From NCBI GenBank assembly GCA_038087875.1, contig CM075988.1, positions 16,122,001-16,186,000 on the forward strand: DNA of 64,000 bases, written 5' to 3'. Positions 59,178 to 64,000 of this stretch are shown one piece after another. The position numbers were made by a program, and so were the translations under genes. A model generated the notes under the pieces. The model was not told the origin of the DNA, did not search any database, and saw nothing but the letters and a program-made list of their open reading frames with translations. The stretch's first letter is position 1, and every line of letters begins with the position of its first letter. This DNA is from Malacoraja senta. Lineage: Eukaryota.

Positions 59178-59807
59178 TTAGTATCCATCCCTAATTGCCT
59201 CTGAACTGTGGAGCCAGTCAGGAGTGGATCAACTTCAGTGCATCTGGAATCAGAAATAACCAGAAATAAACCAGATTGGAGAGGGAGAGTAGGCTTCCTT
59301 CCCTGGCGGTCATGACATAAGAGATAGGAGTAGAGTTAGGCCATTCTGCCCATCAAGTCTACTCCGCCATTCAATCATGGCTGATCTATCTCTCCCTCTC
59401 AAACCCATTCTCCTGCCTTCTCCCCATAACCTCTGACATCCATGCTATTCACAAATATATCTCTGCCTTACAAATATCCATTGACTTGGCCTCCACAACC
59501 TTCTGTGGCAAAGAATTCCGTAGATTCACCACCCTCTGTCTAAATAAATTCCTCCTCATCCCCTACCTAAAAAAACCTCTTCCACTAGTGGTCGGACATT
59601 AGTTAATCAGATTGGCATCAGATTGGTTGGCATGGACGAGTTGGGCAGAAGGACCTGTTTAGATTCTCTATCAGATAGGTTATTGCAGCAATCCAGCCGT
59701 TTTATGTTTACAGGCACTGATGCTACTTTCCAGATTTATTTGATTACTTGAGCTTAAATGCCCAGCTACCACGGTGGGAAATTTACTAATTTCCTTGGAT
59801 CATATAG

Positions 59808-60094
59808 AGTTTAGATTAGAGATACAGTGCGGAAACAGGCCCTTTGGCGCATCGAGTCTGCACTGACCAGCGATTCCCGCACATTAACATGAGGCACACT
59901 AGGGACAATTTCACACTTATTCCACGTCAATGTACCCACAAACCGGTACGTCTTTCTTTGGAGTGGGAGGAAACTGAAGATCTCGGAGAAAACCCATGCA
60001 ATCATGGGGAGAACAACAGCTCCTGTCGTCGGGATCGAACCTGGGTCTCTGGTGCTGTAAGGCAGCAACTCTACTGCTGTGCCACCATGCCGCC
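59808..60094 (-). mobile_element. V-SINE
   Basis: Same family as 2272-2572. Confidence 0.85.
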
Positions 60095-62337
60095 CATTCT
60101 TGTATGGGGAATTGACGTGACCCCACCTAAAGCATTGTATACATTATTGCTCCTATCATTCACAAACCAAAACTCTTTCAAGCAAAGATTGAGGGTATGT
60201 TTACAGCATTTGTCAATGTCTGTATTGAAGATGATCACAGGAAGTGTGGGGAAACACATAGCAGATCTGTGTTCCTGCCTACAGGTGCTGCCTGACCTGC
60301 TGAGTATTCTTGCCATTCTCAGTTTTGTATTTCAGATTTCCAGCGCCTGTCAAAGTTGAATTTATTTTGCACTACATCTCAAACCTGCTCGTTTTCCTGA
60401 AATGCTGATATTATTTCTATCTATTTTTAAAATGATTAAATTTCATCACATATTTGAAAATAGTTGAAAATATGGTGTCCATTAAAGGCAATCAAAAATT
60501 GTGTACATTTGTGGAAACCAAATTCTACAACGTTGCCAGAGGAAGTAGTTGAGGCAGGAACAATAACAACATTTAAAAGACATTTGGACATGTCCCTTCC
60601 CCGACTAGTTCGTCCTGCAGCATATTCCATATACCCACCATTCTCCGGGTGAAAAGGTTGCCCCTCGTGTTCTTGTTAAATCTTTGCCCTCTCTCAAACC
60701 TAGGCTCTCTAGTTTTTGATTTCTCCAATCCTATGAAAAAGCCCTTGTGCATTTATTTACCCTATCCACCTTGTGGATTTTATACACCTCTAAGATCACA
60801 ATTAAACCTCCTGCTTTCCAAGGTGTAAAGTCCTATCCTGTCCAACCTCTCCCTATAGCTTAGAGCTTTTCGTCCTGCAACATCTTTGTAAATCTTCTCT
60901 GCACCCTTTCCAGCATAATGGCATCTTTCCTATATCAGATTGACCAAAACTGGACACAAGACTCCAAGCGAATCTTATTGAAGGAGTATAGGGAGAACAT
61001 GAGAATGTGCTATTGTGATAGATGATCTGCCATCTCTTTAAATGAACCGGGGCTGAATGGCCTGTTCCTGAATGTATTTTCCTATGCTCTTGGGTGTGAT
61101 TTTGTTTCTAATTTCCCAAGGTCTTTTTAACTCCCACAGTTGCCAGGAGCTCTCAAGTGGAGAAATGCAATGTCCATCAGGAATGAAGCAATCTGAAATG
61201 GGGATGGAACCTCTGTCCAACTGCACGGTGAGTCCTAGTCTAAAGTGCTGGGTGGGTCTGGGCATGCAGGGTGATTCATTCACACTACCAGACAGTGACC
61301 ACCTCCAGCAAGATATTCTAAGCAACCACCCTTGATCTTCAAAGACATATCACTGCAGAAACCCCCACTATTAACATTCTGGACTAACCACAAAAGTACC
61401 ATGGGTGTAATTTTCAATATAGAGCTGGTCAGAGATGAGGGAAAATTGGCTCTCCTCTGGTGAGTGACTCACTCCTGATTCCTAAAGCCTTTAAATCAAG
61501 GCAGAGAGTTCTCACACTGGCCTCTTCACGTCCCTCAAAGCTTACACAACTGTATTGGAAGCAACATCCTCAATCACAACACCCAAGAAAAAGTTAAATA
61601 TCATATTTCAAAGTTTTTCAGTACCTGCCACACAACATAAGACTAAAAAATGCTTCAAATACTCATTCATGGTAAGAAACAACCTGTAGCAGTGAATCAC
61701 CAGCCAGCCTGAAATTGGTTCATGACCTTGCTCAATGGTACTGAATGGCTCCCTTATGCAGTTGAATGGTAATATGGTAACTTGTACCACAAATGGAGAA
61801 TTGTGCTTCAAAGTCACTTCCGAACTCTTCCACACTTACACCGCACCTTTATCCTTAAAACAAATTGAAGCTGACTTCATAGAGCGTTATCTGATCTGTG
61901 ATTTATTGCCAACTGACGCATCAGTAATATGGCAAGTGTTGTGCAATCAGTTCGTCTCGAACACCAGCATAAAAAAGATTAACAGACTGCCAGAAGAACA
62001 CTGCATGCCAGTCAGTATCTGAGGAGAGGAATGGGTAGACAATGGGTTGGCATCCTTCTTCACATGGATACCAGAATCTGTGGGGAGAAATGGGCATGCG
62101 ATGGATTGGAACCCTTCTTCAGACAGATACCAGTATCTGCAGTTCCGTGTCAGCAAATAATACTGATCGGTAAACCTGTATTTTATCAGGGAATCTGTTC
62201 TATACACACAGTATGTACCTAATTTATGAACTTTTTGTTGTTATTATTACTTGAAAACTGACCCAAAGCAAACTTTCCAGTGGGTGTCTAAGGCTTGAAT
62301 GTAATTGCATGAGCTTATGCTGTTTCTCGGCAATGTT

Positions 62338-62782
62338 TCAGTTTAGTTTATTGTCACGTGTACCAAGGTACAGTGAAAAGCTTTTGTTGCGTGCTAACTG
62401 GTCAGTAATATCTCTGCAGAGACCCACACTATTAACATTCTGGACTAACCTAGACAATACATGATTACAATCAATCCATTTACAATGTATCGATACATAA
62501 GGGAACAATGTGTAGTGCAAAGTAATGCCAGCAAAGTCCAATCAATGATAGACCGAGGATCATCAAAGAGGTAGATAGTAGTTCAGCACTGCTCTCTGGT
62601 TGTGGTAGGAAGATTCGGTTGACTGATAACAGCTGGAAGAAATTGTCCCTGAATCTGGTGGTGTGTGTTTTCACACTTCTATACCTTTTGCCTGATGGGA
62701 GAGGGGATAAGAGGGATTGGCCAGGGTGCGACTCGTCCTTGATTATGCTGCTGGCCTTGCCGAGGCAGCGTGAGGTATAAAG
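62338..62782 (-). mobile_element. Rex1/Babar-type LINE 3' fragment
   Basis: KTHTTRFRDNFF C-terminal motif (ORF 62480-62674) and (AAACT) tail. Related remnants at ~26150, 42140-42310, 42960-43210 and 57470-57540. Confidence 0.7.
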
Positions 62783-62836
62783 GTTTAAAACAAAAAGTTA
62801 TGTAAAGTCGCCCATTTCTTTCTTCCTGTCTTTCAG

Positions 62837-63026
62837 GATCTTGACAGGTGGGTACATGGTTGTTGCATAAAAATTCCTAAATTTTCGGCTGAATGTTTAT
62901 TGCAACAGATTTCTAGGAATAAAAAGAAAGCATGTTTGTACCAGAAGATGTGTCATCAGAATCCAAGCCCACGGATTTCTACGAAACACTGCCTGAGACT
63001 AGCATCATTGCATCAGCATGGTAAAG
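62837..63026 (+). other. Candidate exon of an unidentified downstream transcript
   Basis: Strong acceptor tttctttcttcctgtctttcag and donor AAG|GTGAGT; one frame is open throughout; no recognised homology. Confidence 0.35.
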
Positions 63027-63466
63027 GTGAGTTATAAATTGCTGACTGCTACCAAGAAGCAGGAAAGGCATTTTTTTTTTTACTCAGTCACAGTGCTTGT
63101 GATAATCCATTCTTACAGTCTTGTCTGAATTTCTATGGTGTTGCTGAAAGTACTATCATTTGCACAAGGCAGAGTTAACAACAGAATATATTTTATTGAA
63201 TGCAGCTATTTGAAGGCAGCAATATGGGTGTATATATTAGTTCAGGTAGAATTATTTTTTTTTGGATTGGAAGAATCAGCAATGATTGACGTGCTTTGAG
63301 TGAGAGGCTAATAAAGGTATTTTTCCTCGCGAATTCAATATTGTAATAGAACAATAATTTCATAATCGATATGAAACCCATTGAGTTACTCCAACACTTT
63401 GTGTCCTTTTGTATAAATCAGCATCTACAATTCCTTGTTTATATGTACCTAACCGGGTGAGGACAT

Positions 63467-63790
63467 GGGCAGCCACGATAGCGCAGTGGTAGAGTTGCTG
63501 CTTTACAGCGCTTCAGCGCCGGTGACCCTGGTTCACCCTCACTACAGGTGCTGTCTGTACAGAGTTCGTACGTTCTCCCCGTGATCGCATGAGTTTTTCT
63601 TCCGAGATCTTTGGTTTCCTACCACACTCCAAAGACGTAAGGTATGTAGGTTAATTGGCTTGGTGTATGCATGTGAATTGTCCATAGTAGTAGGATAGTG
63701 TTAATATGCGGGGATTGCTAGTCAGTGCAGACTCGGTGGGCTGAAGGGCCTGTTTCCGCGCTGTATCTCTAAAACTAAAAACTAAAACTT
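63467..63790 (+). mobile_element. V-SINE
   Basis: tRNA-like head, V-domain, (AAAACT)n tail. Confidence 0.85.
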
Positions 63791-64000
63791 AAGCAACCAT
63801 TCTGCGTGATATTGCTCCATTGTAGCTGTGATTCTGAATTGAATGATGTTAAGTAGTGTTCTAAGTAGTGTAGAGTTAAGACGGCCCATTGTCAAGATCC
63901 AGGATGAGAAGCTTCTCATTGCAGCAGGTTGAATTCAACAAATTGCACCTTCAGAACTATTCAGATGTCCTCGATTGGAATTTACAATTGTTTGTGAATA

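Noticed and set aside
1..64000. CRISPR arrays, rRNA genes or prokaryotic operons
   Set aside because: No repeat-spacer periodicity or rRNA-like sequence; the DNA is intron-containing vertebrate sequence and nearly all listed short ORFs derive from repeats.

Overview
Repeat-rich vertebrate genomic DNA. V-SINEs, CR1-type LINEs and Penelope-like elements point to a cartilaginous fish, probably a skate or ray (inference). One host gene can be reconstructed by hand on the + strand. It has 11 coding exons (7853-33981, GT-AG introns, all phases compatible, 579 aa) plus a non-coding last exon. It encodes a nuclear-IkB protein related to IkB-zeta (NFKBIZ), with an N-terminal DSGxxD degron-like motif, an OCA (POU-coactivator) peptide and an ankyrin domain that stops after a degenerate fifth repeat. 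Its putative 3'UTR holds a Roquin CDE stem-loop. The rest is mostly transposable elements: two near-full-length dead L1-clade LINEs and three truncated ones, CR1, Rex/Babar, Tx1 and Penelope fragments with hammerhead motifs, V-SINEs, PIF/Harbinger-type MITEs and a nested DNA transposon with a 7-bp TSD. Both near-full L1s show complementarity between the sequence just before the ORF2 start and the sequence around the ORF2 stop. No tools were used, so TE family names and unanchored TE boundaries are approximate.
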